Shown one piece after another: positions 25,830-42,382 of a stretch of DNA of 64,000 bases. This stretch comes from the human T2T-CHM13v2.0 reference genome, Homo sapiens. The notes beneath the pieces are model-generated. The model had not been told where the DNA came from. It saw nothing but the letters and a program-made list of their open reading frames with translations, and did no database searches. Position numbers and translations under genes: made by a program. Within the stretch, counting starts at the first letter, position 1, and the number at the start of each line of letters is the position of its first letter. The DNA is taken from NCBI RefSeq assembly GCF_009914755.1, contig NC_060930.1; one strand, written 5' to 3'.

Positions 25830-27530
25830 ATCTTTTTGCTTTCATTTTAAGTGTATTTTAAAATTTACAGATAGTAAAAGTCCCCCTTTTGGTGTACTGT
25901 TCTATGAGTTTAAAAAATGCAGAGACTCATGTACTTACCACCACAACAATCACAAAACAGATCCATTACCCCAAAACTTGGGCTGCCTTTTTGTAGTGAA
26001 ATTCTCACCTCACCCTTAACCCTGGCAAACACTGATCTGCTTTCCATTGCTATCATTTTGCCTCATTTTTTTCTTTTGAGATGGGGTCTTGCTTTGTTGC
26101 CCAAGCTGGTCTTGAACTCCTGTGCTCAGGTGATCTTCCTAACTCAGCTTCCGGAAGTCTTGGGATTACAGGCGTAAGCCACCGTGCCCAGCCTCATTTT
26201 GCCTTTTATAGAATGATATATAAATGGAATCATACAGTATGTAGCCTTTTGAATCTTGCTTTTTTCACTTAGCATAAAACATCTGAGATACATACATGCT
26301 GTTGTGTGTGTAAGCTGCAAATTCCTTTTTATTGTGAGTAGTACTCCATAATATGGATATACCACAGATTTTTCACCCATTTATGGATTGAAGGGGTATT
26401 TCAGTTACATCCAGTTTTTGTCAACTTTTTTGTTTGTTTTTTTGTTTCTGAGAAGGAGTTTTACTCTTGTTTCCCAGGCTGGAGTGCAATGGCGCGATCT
26501 CGGCTCACCGCAACCTCCACCTCCTGGAGTAGCGGGGATTACAGGCATGCGCCACAACACCCGGCTAATTTTGTATTTTTAGTAGAGATGGGGTTTCTTC
26601 ATGTTGGTCAGGCTGGTCTCTAACTCCTGACCTCAGGTGATCCACCTGCTTCAGCCTCCCAAAGTGCTGGGATTACAGGCATGAGCCACTGCACCTAGCC
26701 CTTTTTTTTTTCTTTTTTTTCTTTTGAGACAGAGTCTTGCTCTGTAGCCCAGGCTAGAGTGCAGTGGCGCCATCTTGACTCACTGCAGCCTCTGCCTCCG
26801 GGGATCAATCAAGTCATTCTTCTGCGTCAGCCTCCTGAGTAGCTGGGATTACTGGCATGTGCCACCACGCCCTGCTAATTTTTGTATCTTTAGTAGACAG
26901 GAGGTTTCACCATGTTGGCCAGGCTGGTCTCAAACTCCTGACCTCAAGTGATCCACCTGCCTCAGCCTTCCTAAGTACTGGGATTACATGACTGAGCCAC
27001 TGTGCCCGACTTGTTTTTGTAAACTATTAATAATGTTGTTGTAAACATTCTTATTCAGGTTTTTGTGTGAACGTACGATTTCACTTGTCTAAGGAGTGAA
27101 ATGGTGGTATCATATGGAGGTTTATGTTTAACTTTGTAAGAACAACTATTTTTCCAAATTGGTTATACCATATTGCATTCTTACCAGCAGATTCCAGATG
27201 ATCCCCATCCTGACAGGACTTGGTATTATCAGTTGTTTTGTTAATAAAGTCATTCTATTAGCTGGGTAATAGTTATCTTATTATGGTTTTTGTTATCTCA
27301 GTGTGGTTTTAATCTGCATCACCCTAATGACTAATGATAATGGGCATCTTTTCATGTGTTTGGTTGCCATCTGGATATCTTTGTGCCTGTTCAAATATTT
27401 GCCCTCTTTTCTTAAAAAAAGTTGGGTTGTCTGTTTAGTTACTTTTAAGTTTTGAGAGTTCTTTATATATTTTGGGTATAAACCCTGCGTCAAATATCTG
27501 GTTTGCAAATACTTCCCCCCCAAACTAGTC
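25830..27530 (-). mobile_element. Old L1M (MC/MD/ME-like) 3' region with nested FLAM (26068-26193) and two AluS (26425-26700, 26702-27011)
   Basis: ORFs 26144 and 27293 translate to L1 3' remnants (KDIQMATKHMKRCPLSLVIRVMQIKTTLR); FLAM TSD CCTCATTTT. Confidence 0.88.
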
Positions 27531-27639
27531 TTTTTTACTTATCTTCTCAAATATCAGCTAGTTAAAGAAATATATCATTCCCCTGCTCAAACAATTTGCC
27601 ATACCCTTTCACTAAATTATCTGGCCTAGCATTATAAAA

Positions 27640-28660
27640 AGCACTTTGAAGGAAATAAATACAGTGACATGATAAAGATAGAGTTATCAGGAAAGAGTCT
27701 CTGAGGTGATATTTAAACTAAGGTCCAAATGATAAGAAGCCAGACAGAAGAATATCCAGCGAGAGAGAAGAGCAAAGCAAAAGCGCTAGGGTGGGAAAAA
27801 TGTTGGCAAATTCAAGGACAAGAAGGTAGAACATCCTGGCTGGAGCTCAGTCATGGGGGCAGAATGAGATAGGAGATGAGGACAAAGAAGCAGAGGCAGA
27901 CAGCAAACCATTTAAGGTCACATAGGCCTTGGAGGGATTTGGAGGTGAGACACCAATGAAGAGTTTTATGCAGAGAGTAATTTGACCCTGCTTAACTTTA
28001 AGAAAATTTATCTGGCTGCCACATAAATACTTTACTGGAAGACCAAGCAAGAAGACCAGTTAGAAGGCTCCCACAGTCTGGGCAAGAAATGGTGTTGGTG
28101 TCAACTACAGTGGTGTTAGTGCAGATTGCAGTAGATGGATTTAAGGTATATTTTAGAGTTAAAACCAATATGACTCTCCAAAGGACTGAAATGTGAAGAG
28201 TTAATTTTTTTTTTTTTAAAGGCAGGATCAAGGATGAGTCCTAAGCTTGGGGACTAAAAAATAGGATGGATAATAGTGACATTTAGTGGGATGGAGAATA
28301 ACTGATTGGAGGAGTGAAAAATCAAGACTTCCATTTGGGAAGCTTGAGATGCCTAAGAGATAGTACAATAGAGATTTTAAGACAATGGCTAGAACACAAG
28401 GGAGAGAGGCCTGGCCAGAGAGATTAAATTTGAGAGCTAGGAGCATATACATGTATAAGAAAGGAGAGTATAAGTAGAGAAAATAGGGAGTTCAGGATGA
28501 ATCTCTTAAGCACTCCAACATCATACTGAAATTATCAGTTTACATGTCTCTCCCCCAACTGGTCTGTTAGTTCTTCGGATCCACAGATCATGTCTTTTTC
28601 ATATCTGTAATTAACAAATCGTATTGCCTGATACTTAATAAGTGCTTACTAAGTGTTGCG
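27640..28660 (-). mobile_element. L2 (antisense to ~28520, short sense 3' piece ~28520-28660)
   Basis: GGAAAGAGTCTCTGAGGTG..CCAATGAAGAGTTTTATGCAG..GGAAGACCAGTTAGAAGGCT..TTGAGATGCCT. Confidence 0.8.
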
Positions 28661-29703
28661 GAACTCACACAGGCATGATATGTAAGGGAAGATGATATCA
28701 TCATGTATGTGGCGTATAAGGATTGCTGAAGACAAACAACCCTAAGGAGACTGTAGTCCCAGAGAGCAAGCTTTACGCGCCAGATTTTGCCATATCCATG
28801 ATGGGCAACTAGTCTCTCAAGCAAAAAGGAGCCCTTCAAAACAGCAGATTATTGTTTCCTATAACACGATTGGAAAAAAACAAAACAGATTAAAATATTT
28901 GTTTGCAAGTAAAAGAAATCACTTTTCACCTAGAATTATTCTGAGGGTTCTCTTTTCTACTAATTTTAAATTCCTACCTGCAAAATGAGTTCTTTCATTA
29001 GAGTTTACAAGCTAATATGTCAGATAACCAGGGTAAATTGAGACTGAATATTTTCTATTTGATAATCTGAGTATGAACAACTCCTCATGTTCCTAAAAAC
29101 GCAAAAGGACCCAGTAGTCCCTGCACTGCTGCCCTACATTCCTTCCACATTTGATTTGTCCTCCCAAAAGACTCAGGAAATAGCCTTCCCTAAAAGGCTT
29201 AGAAAATAGCCTAAACAAAAGCTCAGGATAATCCTATCATGATATAAGATTCCCCTCCTCAACAGTCTAGCTTTATTGGAAGGAAAAATGTAACATCATA
29301 ACTCAGCAAAAACTAGAATAGACAGATCCCTAACAGGAAGAACTAACCAAAGATACCTGACATCATTCTAGCAGTTTTCAAAATATACTGTGAGTTTTCA
29401 CTGTAGCAACATATTTCTACACAAACAACACACACAAAATCTCACTTTGTGGTCAGAAGCAAGGTCATCTGGATTATTTGAAAAATGGCAAATGGCAAAG
29501 TACCACTTATATGAATAATGGTAAATTGAAGAATATATTGATTCTGTTTCCCCCCTCCTTATAACAAATGAGAATACACAAAAAATTTAAGTATGACAAA
29601 AAAAGGCCATTTTATGAGCATCTTTGCCAGTTGAATACTTTAATTATATGACATCAAATGTTCTATTAAAGGTATTATTTCAAAGATGCCAGGCAAAGCG
29701 TAA

Positions 29704-30040
<337 letters not shown>

Positions 30041-30079
30041 ATGACCACCCTTTTATAACAAAGACATTTATCACTGAAT

Positions 30080-30452
30080 ATCCATGAGCTCTCCCACAAT
30101 TCTCCAGCTAGTTTGCAGTTAGGTGAAGTCATGTTACTGGTTCTGGCCAATGGGTTGTGAGTTGAAGAACATACCACTTTCATGCTGAAAAATGTAAATG
30201 CTGGTGTATGAATCATCAACTCTGGCTTCCCATGCTGCAGTGCTGAAGGAAGCTACATGTTCCAGATAGTACAGCTATAAGAGGATAGAGCCTCCATTAG
30301 CCTAAGTCCCTGAGAGCCTACGAGGAACAGAATCCTTGACCTATGGCAGATGTGTAATGTCAACAAGAAATAGACTTTTGTTATGCTAAGTTACTGAGAT
30401 TTTGTTTTTGTTGCTGTTATTACAATACAGCTTAGCCTATCCTTACCAATAC
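30080..30452 (+). mobile_element. MaLR LTR (old MLT1)
   Basis: TTGCAGTTAGGTG..GTTCTGGCCAATGGG..TAAGTTACTGAGATTTT..AGCCTATCCTTACCAATACA. Confidence 0.8.
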
Positions 30453-31288
30453 ACCTTCACAGTTAAAAATTATGTTCATAATTTGCTCAAAAAACCCACT
30501 TCACACTGCACACAGGTACATTTAATTTGCAAGTATAATTATTTGCAAAGACCATTTATTTTAAAGTAGAAGTCAATATGTAGCCTTTGATTTTAAAAGA
30601 GCCATTTTATTTCTTACTGTGACCTCCAGAATTGATTTGTCTACCGTGGTTTTACAACATTACGAGAACAGAGTTTTAGCTTTGTATTATTTCATTTCTT
30701 TCATCATTTTAGAAGATCATCTCAAGCTAGCTTATGATATAAATTTCAATTAGAAAATCCTAGCAAAACAGTCTATTTAACAGAGTGGGAAGTCAATGCT
30801 AATACAATTATTTCGGGGAGATAATCTGTTTGCTTATATTTTAACACCTAAGTTAACAGACTTCTCTGTTACAACACTAAACTTCCAAGGATCTGCATCT
30901 AAACCTTAGGCAGTAAGAAAATGTAAACATCACATTTCTGTAATACATGAGTTTCTCTGTACTGTCTATTTAAGTTCTGTGTTTTCTTCCTTTCCAATTT
31001 AGCAATATCACAGCAATCATCAAACAGCTGGATCCGAGAAATGATCAAACCAGTCTGCCCCTTATGTCATTTCTACCCAGGAATCTGACAACACATTCCT
31101 ATTTGTTTTGTGGTTAGTAACAACATTAGTCTGAACATCATTATGCACACCGCAGTTGCGTATTTATTTCCCCTTCCAAGAGAAAAAAGAATTTACTGGT
31201 GTAATATAAGAACAATAGGACACCCCTACACTAATAGCTAGTGAATTTATAATAAACAAAAAGAAATGTTTCTTCACATACCATATAG

Positions 31289-31680
<392 letters not shown>

Positions 31681-34361
31681 TAGTAATTAATGAAATATTT
31701 TATGTTTGTCACCTAACTATGAAAGTAATTAAATTTGGTTCTTCAGGAAATTGCCTCCCTGGTTCTAACCAGGCGTTTCACGCTCACTCTGTTTACCCTC
31801 TTGGGGTAAAGGGAATGGCACAGTAAGTTTTATAGTTACAGACCTCACATTCCCTTCTTAAGGAGAGTGAAGCTTTTGTTTGCTTTTAACAACTTTATTG
31901 AGGATTAATGGAAACAAACTGTACGTATTTGAGATGAACAATTTGTTAATTTTTGACCTGTAAAACCATCACCACAATCAAGATAATGAATATATCCATC
32001 ACCCCAAAAGTTTCCTTGTGCTATTTTGTAATGGTTCACTCTCATATCTCTCCACTCCCTACCTCTGTTTCCAATCTGTAGTGCTTTCTGACATTATAGG
32101 TTATTTTGAGGTTTCTAAAATTTTATATAAATGAATCATACAGTATGTATTATTTTTTGTTTGGCTTACTTTGCTCAACATAATTATTCTGAAGTTCATA
32201 CATATTGTTGCATGGATCAATAGTTCATTCTTTATCATTTAGTATTTTATTGTACACAATAAATTAAAACACAATTCGTTTTATCTGTTGATGAACATTT
32301 TGGGTTGGTTCCAGTTTTGCATATTAAAAATGAAGCTGCTGTGAACATTTATGTGTAAGTCTTTGTATGGGTATATGCTTTCTTTTCCTAGGGGTTAAAT
32401 ACCTAAGAGTAAAATGGCTGAATCATATGTAGGTATATGTTTAACTTTTTAGGAAACTGCCAAGCTGTTTTCCAATGCGGTTATACCATTTTAGATTCCC
32501 ACCAACAGAGCAGCAGAGTGTTAGAGTTACAGTTCCTTCACATCCTCTCCAACATTTGGTATGGTCAGTTTTAAAAATTTTAGTCAAACTAGTAGGTATG
32601 TAGTGGTATCTTATTTTAGCCTTAATTTGCATTTCCCTAACATCTAATGGCATTGAATATCTTTTCATGTGTTTATTTGCCACTCATATATCCTTTTGGG
32701 TGAAGTATCAGTTCAAATGTTTTGCCTTTTTCCCCCTGAGGTGTTTTTGTTGTTGTTGTTGAATTGTAAGAATTCTTCATATGTTCTTTATTAGATATAC
32801 GATTGCAAATATCTTCTCCCAGTTTGTAACTTATCTTTTCATATTCTTAAAAGTGTCTTTAGAGGAGCAAAAGGTTTTACATTTGAAGTCCAGTTTTTCA
32901 ATTTTTTTCTTTTATGAATTGTTCTTTTGATGCTATATCTTAAATACGTTTGCCTAAACAAGAGAAAACAAAGGTTTTCTCTTACGTTTTCTTTTTCCTA
33001 AAGAAAGTTTATAATTTTAGGTTTTACATTTAGATCGATAATCCAGTTGGGGTCAATTTTTGTCTATAATACAAGGAATGAATTTTAAGTTCATTTTTAC
33101 ATATGAATATCCATTTGTTGAAAAAACTTTCTTTTTTCCACTGAATTGCCTTTGCACCTTTGTTGAAAAGCAGTTGTCCATAATTGTGCGGGTCTACCTC
33201 TAGGTTCTCTATTCTGTTCCATTATCTTTTATATGACTACTATACTGTTTTGAGTAAGGTAGGTTTATAATATATCTTAAAGTCAGGTAAACGTTAAGTC
33301 ACTAGTTTGTTTTTTTCAAATCCGTTTTGACTAATTTGGCTTCTTTGCATTTCTACGTGAATTTGAAAATAAGCTTGTCATTTTCTTCAACAATGCCTGC
33401 TGGGATTTTATTGGAATTGCACTGAATCTATGGATAAATATGGGGGAGACCCAAAAACTTTACAATATTGAGTCTTCTGACCCATACACAATCTCTCTCT
33501 CCATTTATTTCTCTAAGCTTTTTTTGTTTTGTTTTGTTTTGAGACAGGGTCTCACTCTGTCGCCCAGGCTGGAGTGCAGTGGCGCCATCTCAGCTTACTG
33601 TAACCTCCACCTCCTGGACTCACACTATCCTCCCACCTCAGACTCCTGAGCAGTTGGGACTACAGGCACATGTCACCATACCTGGCTAATTTTTGTATTT
33701 TTTGTAGAAACAGGTTGCCATGTTGCCCAGGCTGGTCTCAAACTCCTGGGCTCAAGTGATCTGCCTGCTGCAGCCTCCCAAAGTGCTGGGATTACAGGCA
33801 TGAGCCGATGCGCCTGGCCTTGCACATCTTTTATCAGATTTTTTCCCCTAAGTATTTCAAATCTTTTGATGCTATAATAAATGAGTTTTTAAAAATCAAT
33901 TGTTGATTGTGGATAGCATAGAGAAATACAATTGATTTTTGTACAGTGATTTGTATCCTGCCACTTGCTAAATTCACTTATTAGTTTTAGTAGCTTTTTT
34001 GTGGATTCCATTGGATTTTCTGCATAGACAATGATATTGTCTGAGAATTAAAAAGTTTCACTTCTTCCTTTCTAATTTGGATGCCTTTTACTTCTCTTCC
34101 TTGCCTTACTGCATTAGCTAGAACTTCCAGTACAACGCTAAATGGAAGACATGAAAGTGGATATCCCCAACATAGTCCTGACGTTAGGAGGAGAGAGTAT
34201 GTAACTTTTGACATTAAGTTAGCTATTGAATTTCTAGAGATGCCCTTGATCAGTTTTAGGAAGTTTTCTTATGCTTCTAGTTTGCTGATATTTATTGGGA
34301 GTAGGTGTTGGATTTTACAAAATTCTGCCTTTATTAAGAAGATCACATGATGTTTAGTTTG

Positions 34362-35042
<681 letters not shown>

Positions 35043-35824
35043 GTTTTGTTAATTTACTAAGTGACATTGATTGACATTTGAGTGTTAAACCAGCCTTGCA
35101 TTCATGAAAAAAAAAACCCACTTGAAAGAGTTGTCCTTTTTATGGATTGCTGGGTTCAATTTGTTAAAATTTTTAAATTCTGTGTTCCATGAGGAATATT
35201 GTCTATAATTTTCTTTTCTTTTCTTTTCTTTTTTTTGAGACAGAGTCTCACTCTGTTGCCCAGGCTGGAGTCCAGTGGCACAATCTCGGCTCACTGCAAC
35301 TTCCACTTCCTGGGCTCAAGCGATTCTCCTGCCTTAGCCTCCCAAGGAGCTAGGATTACAGGTGCCTGCCACCGCGCCTGGCTAAGTTTTGCATTTTTAG
35401 TAGAGATGGGGTTTCACCAAGTTGGCCAGGCTAGTCTTGAACTCCTGACCTCAGGTGATCTGCCTGCCTCAGTCTCCCAAAGTGGTGGGATTATAGGCTT
35501 GAGCCACTGCACCTGGCCTATAATTTTCTTTTTGTATAATATCTTTGTCTGGTTTTGGAAGTAGGGTAATGCTGGCCTCAGAGACTGAACTGGGAAATAT
35601 TCCCTTCTGTTCAATTTTTCTAGAAGAGTTTATGTAGAATGGATATCATTTATTCCTTAAATGTTTAGCAGAATTCATCAGTAAAGCCATCTGAGCCTGG
35701 TGTTTCTCTGTGGAAAATCTTTTAGCTTTAAATTCAATTTCTTGCCCATGTGGGGCAGCTCATGCCTATAATCCCAGAACTTTGGGAGGCTGAGGCTTTA
35801 ATTCAGGAGTTCAAGACCAGCCTA

Positions 35825-36034
<210 letters not shown>

Positions 36035-36058
36035 TTATTTAATATATATGGGTACTCA

Positions 36059-36470
<412 letters not shown>

Positions 36471-36974
36471 TTTCAGTTATTTATTTCTTCCTGAGTGACT
36501 TAGGTAATTTTTATCTTTTTCTTTCTTTTTTCCTTTTTTTTTTTTTTTTGAGACAGTCTCACTCTGTTGTCCAGGCCAGAGTGCCGTGGTATGATCATGG
36601 CTCATTGCAGCTTCAACCTCCCAGGCTCAAGCAATCCTCTCATCGCAGCCTCCAGAGTAGCAGGGACTACAGATGCATGTCATCATGCCCAGCTAAGATG
36701 GGGGTCTCACTATGTTGTCCAGGCTAGTTTCAAGTTCCTGGTTTCAAGTGATCCTCCTGCCTCAGCCTCCCAAAGTGCTGGGATTACATGCATGTGAGCC
36801 ACTGTGCCCAGCCAATAATTTTTATCTTTTAATAAATCTGTCCTTTACAACTAAGATGTCTAATTTATTAGCATAAAGTTGTTCATAGTACTCTTTATTA
36901 GTCTTTTAATATCTATGGAATCTGTACTGATGTCAGAATTTCTAAAGTTGACTGAAAATCTGAGCTCCATGCTT

Positions 36975-37623
<649 letters not shown>

Positions 37624-38299
37624 TAGAGAAGCTCTATTATTGATAAAATAAAAATCCCAAAATTCAAGTGCAATTAACAGCAACCAGTCTATGCATAACC
37701 AAACATACATGGAGAATCCACTAAACTTCAGTCAATAAATCAGGGAACATTTACATTAGAATGTGCTAATGAGAGAGCTGATTAAACAAAAATACAAATG
37801 GCAGATTTTCCTATTTGTGGTCCTGAATTAAAACAAACAAACAAAAAAGAATTACAGAATTAAAAGAAATTATTAAGACCATTTCCTAAAACCACAGAGA
37901 AAGAATGCCATAGAAAAGGATCTCATTCTATTTTTGTCCCTTTTAGCTTGGTTTTCAGAAACCGTCAGACGCTTCTTTTCCTCAAAGTTTCTTCCCCTAC
38001 AGCTAAGAGAGGATGTCTGTCATTTTCGCCTGAACAAATACAAAACTATCTGTTTCTGAATTTGTGTTCTGTTAGAGTCTATGTATACAAATACCTTAGA
38101 AATAAAACCAATGTAAAAATCAGAAATTACCTCCCCCCATATTAGGCCACAATACCAACTTATATATTATTCAGGTATACTAGAGATAGTTGAACTCAGG
38201 TCACAGAAAGTTAGAGTTATAAGAAACTGCTGAGCAATTTGTTCCATTCATATCCATTGCTTCAGCTTGTACAGCATCAACTGAGAAGGTGATCTACGC

Positions 38300-39480
38300 C
38301 ATGCACCACCATTCCACATTTTCACCTGCCTCTGGGACAAAATCACTGATACCTTGTGGACACTTCAGTTACAATGTGTCCAAGAGATTCATCAATTCAT
38401 CAAAATGCTTTTTCCTCCTTCCTCTTGACTTCTCTATTTCTATTCTGGCTCCACAATTTTCCTAAATTACCCAAGCTTAAAAATTTCATCATGTTTGACT
38501 CCACTCCTACTTCTTCACTCTTTCCATCCTCCTCTGTAGATTCTATTTCCAAAATGTCATTCAAATCTGAACTTTCTTTCATCTTTCCAAGTTCAGTGCC
38601 TCGTTATCATAGCTTACTTTTTTTTCTTTAAACGGCCTTACTTAGGTATTACTGGCATATATAAACTGCACATGTTTAAAGTGGCTCTACCTTTGTTTTT
38701 TATAGGTAATTCCAATAGAATTTCTGAATTCCAATTTCTCTGTACCCTCTATCCTTCATTCTAATCTATTTTACTCATGGCTTTCCAGTACATTTTTCTT
38801 AAACTCTTGGCCTCAATTTTCCCACCTTGGCTTCCCGAAGTGCTGAGATTACAGGTGTAAACCACCATGCCCAGTCCCCCAGCACATCCTTCTAAAGCAC
38901 AGTTCTGACTGGGTAATTTCCTAGTTTTCAGTCTTCAAGATCAACTATCATGTAAATTCAACCCTTGTTGCATGGCATATTCAAAGTTCTATTCTGACCC
39001 CAACCTATATATCAACCTTATTTCCTAACATTCCCTACATACCTCGCACACACCTTATATTGCAGCCAAACTGAAGCACTTGTCATTTCCTAAATATGTC
39101 CTTTCTCACTCCTGTAACTTTTTCCAGAAATACATTTCTCTGCCTCTTCTGTCTAAAGAAATCCCAGGCATCTTTCAAGGCCTAGTATAAATATCGTAAG
39201 GAAACCTTCCCTGCAAATATGGGCTTCCTTCCTCTAAAATCCTAGAGCATTTGTACTTCTATTACCTCACTTAATACATACTGCTTTATTATTTTGCATC
39301 TATCAAACTGTAAGCCCCTTGAAGGCAGAAATCATGTTTTATTCTCCTCTGTAACTCTCAAGTTTCCCTAGGATAGTCCTTTAAAATTCAACTCAAAAGA
39401 GATCAAATCATCTACTATATAGAGTATACCCAGAAAAGATACTCAAACATTTGGTGAATGAACCAATGAATGAATATCAC
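38300..39480 (+). mobile_element. Degenerate L2 with Alu left-arm fragment (~38795-38876, -)
   Basis: AAACTGTAAGCCCCTTGAAGGCAGAAATCATGT..TGAATGAA L2 3' end. Confidence 0.65.
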
Positions 39481-39992
39481 AACCTTAGAATATAAAACTT
39501 TCTTAATAAAATAACATTTACAGACAGAAATACAGTTTCTATATCCCTCCTCAAAGGTTGCTTTACCTCTCTCTGAGCAAAGCTTCTCTCAGCCTCACTC
39601 CCCATCCAAAATATTTAACTTTGACTATGTAGGGAAAATCCCCAGAGGACAGATTTGGGACTCAGAGGATTATTAAAACATTTTGAAAAACCTATGAAAA
39701 GAATTTCAATCCTTACTAAGGAAATAAAATATCACTTGTCAGTCCTACTAATCTTGTTGGTATGTCTGTAAAAATCTAAAGTTGCATTAAAAAAAAAAGG
39801 CCTATTTAGAAATGTGTGGATGGTCAACAAGTAAATAATCTGAATGAGGCAAAAGCAGTGGATGGCCTACCTCACCATATTTCACTGACTTTCAATAGTG
39901 CTTTTATATCCCTCAGCTCCAAATAAAAGTGTCTAGGAACTTTCTTAACCATGTGTCCTGAGGAGTACAAAAAGGGGGATTAGGGCATTTAA

Positions 39993-40315
<323 letters not shown>

Positions 40316-41779
40316 AGGAACCCACTCTTAAAATACCCTGTATGATTCATGGCATCGTAGCCTCCTTGTCATTTAAGAGACTTTGTTAGAGGACCGTTAC
40401 ACAGATACCAGGATTTTGTCGTCTGAGTAGTTTTAATTTGAATTGCACAAATATCACTTAATTTTCACCTTGAACTATAGCACCTCTATTCCACAGCCAC
40501 ATCTTTTGCCCTTTCAATAAACTCTCACACTCACTTTCATTTATTATATGCCACATACTCTTTCAGACTTGAGATACTTGGAAGCCATACAAAATATTGT
40601 AATACGTAATTCAAAATTGAGCACGTACACAAGAATTTAGAATTACCTCAAAATTTTATCACTGTCAGAAAATACTGTAAAATACTTCCTCAGAAAACAA
40701 AAGACATCAAAATAACATCCTGGAGACCAGACTGATCCTCCTAACACCAACAAGTTCCAAAGAGAAAACAGAGAAAGAAAAGAGAAGGAAAATTTTAGTG
40801 AGTGGTAAATTTCAATTCCTTATTAAAGACATAAATATGTTTTGTTGCCAGTAATCTTTAAGGTCTCTGCAGACTGTGTGCTTTGCAGTTGTTAAACGGG
40901 CTTTGTTCTCTTTTCTACAAGAACAGAAAAAATAACCACGGGAGGACAGAAAATAACCAAGTGGAGAACCTAGCCATGAAATGCAGTCCAATCTTCACAT
41001 TTATCATCCTGGCCAGTACAGGCCTGTGTATGCACTGGCCAAACTTAGATGGGAAGACAACCATGATCCTGGCCACAGAAGTGTATCTAGCCAAAAGATG
41101 TCTTGTTCTTGAAAATGGAAGCATAGGTTGAAGACGGACTGGATTATAACTCAGGGAATTGCACACAATGTCCTGTCTGGACATAAAGGTTGATTAGGGA
41201 GGGTTGGTTTTATTGTGAACTCAGAAAAAAGGACCTTTGTGGAAATCCTTCAGATACCATCCCATTTATCCTAGTGATCTACTGGTTAGCTTTCAGAAAA
41301 TGCTTTAGCATTTTAATGTGAACATTTTTGAAGTTTCTAAGTCAAACAACCAACAAGAGAAGAACTGGCCTTCTCAACAAGAGAAGAGTGTGTACCTCTG
41401 CAGAGCAGCTGATGATGGCATGAGCCATCTAAAGCATGCGCAGCACTCTGCTGATAAAGCACCCTTCACACTTAGTCTGCCTTCAGAAGAGAGGAGCATT
41501 AGAAGCCCTCCTGCCTCAGTCCAACAGGCCAAGCAAAATGCCAGTGAGTATCAACTGGAAAGTGCCACCTCAGAAGCCTTTAAAATCACATTTAATTATA
41601 CGATTCACTGCTGCTTCTTTAACATGCACTGAACGAAGTAGTAAATTAGAAAAGAGCAGTTTTCCAAGATTCATTTGCTACATTAAAATTCTTTGGGAGT
41701 TGTTTATAAAAAATCTCCATCGCAAGATGATGACTTTTGGAGCTCTAAGGAACATGTAAATAGAGGATGGTAAACTTAC

Positions 41780-41823
41780 CATAGCATCACTATTTTAGGG
41801 GCAGAACCAATGGCCTTAATTTT
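41780..41823 (-). other. Weak candidate cassette exon (44 nt)
   Basis: tttgcag|AAAATT..CTATG|gtaagt in repeat-free sequence; short pyrimidine tract. Confidence 0.25.
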
Positions 41824-42239
41824 CTGCAAATGTACTTTAAATAAGTTGTAAGGTATTCCATTTATAAAAATGGCTATCAAACCTTAACATACCCTTGAAA
41901 AGTGATAAAAGCTCAGCTCTGGGTGACCTAACTGGCAACTAACATCAGTCTATTTTTAAGGCACAATAATCATTTCAACTGGCTAACAAGTAGCAACTTT
42001 GGGTTTACTAGGTGGTACTCGGCAGTGATGCTTCCATCAAAGCAAGGAAGATGAGGTCAGTGCACAGTTTGCCTCACCCAAGGAATCCGACCCACTAGGA
42101 CCTCAAGAACAAAACTAACTTGTATAACTAAGATTAACCCACAATCCACTTCTTTCCCTCATTTTTACTAATGAAAGGCAGGTTTAGAGCTCAGAATAAA
42201 TATAGGTAACAAGTCTAAGTGACTTGTACTGACTAAAGG

Positions 42240-42382
42240 TTTTTCGTTGTTGTTGTTGTTTTAAGCAGGGATGAGTTCTCACTATGTTGCCCAGGCTGGT
42301 CTCAAACTCCTGGCCTCAAGAGATCCTCCATCTCAGCCTCCCAAAGGGCTGGGATTACAGGTATGAGCCACTGTGCCCACCT
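42240..42382 (-). mobile_element. FLAM / Alu left monomer
   Basis: (GTT)n tail followed by monomer. Confidence 0.88.

Noticed and set aside
32441-34350. Reverse-transcriptase-like peptides as an active retroelement
   Set aside because: Fragmented, stop-ridden old L1 ORF2 interrupted by younger elements.
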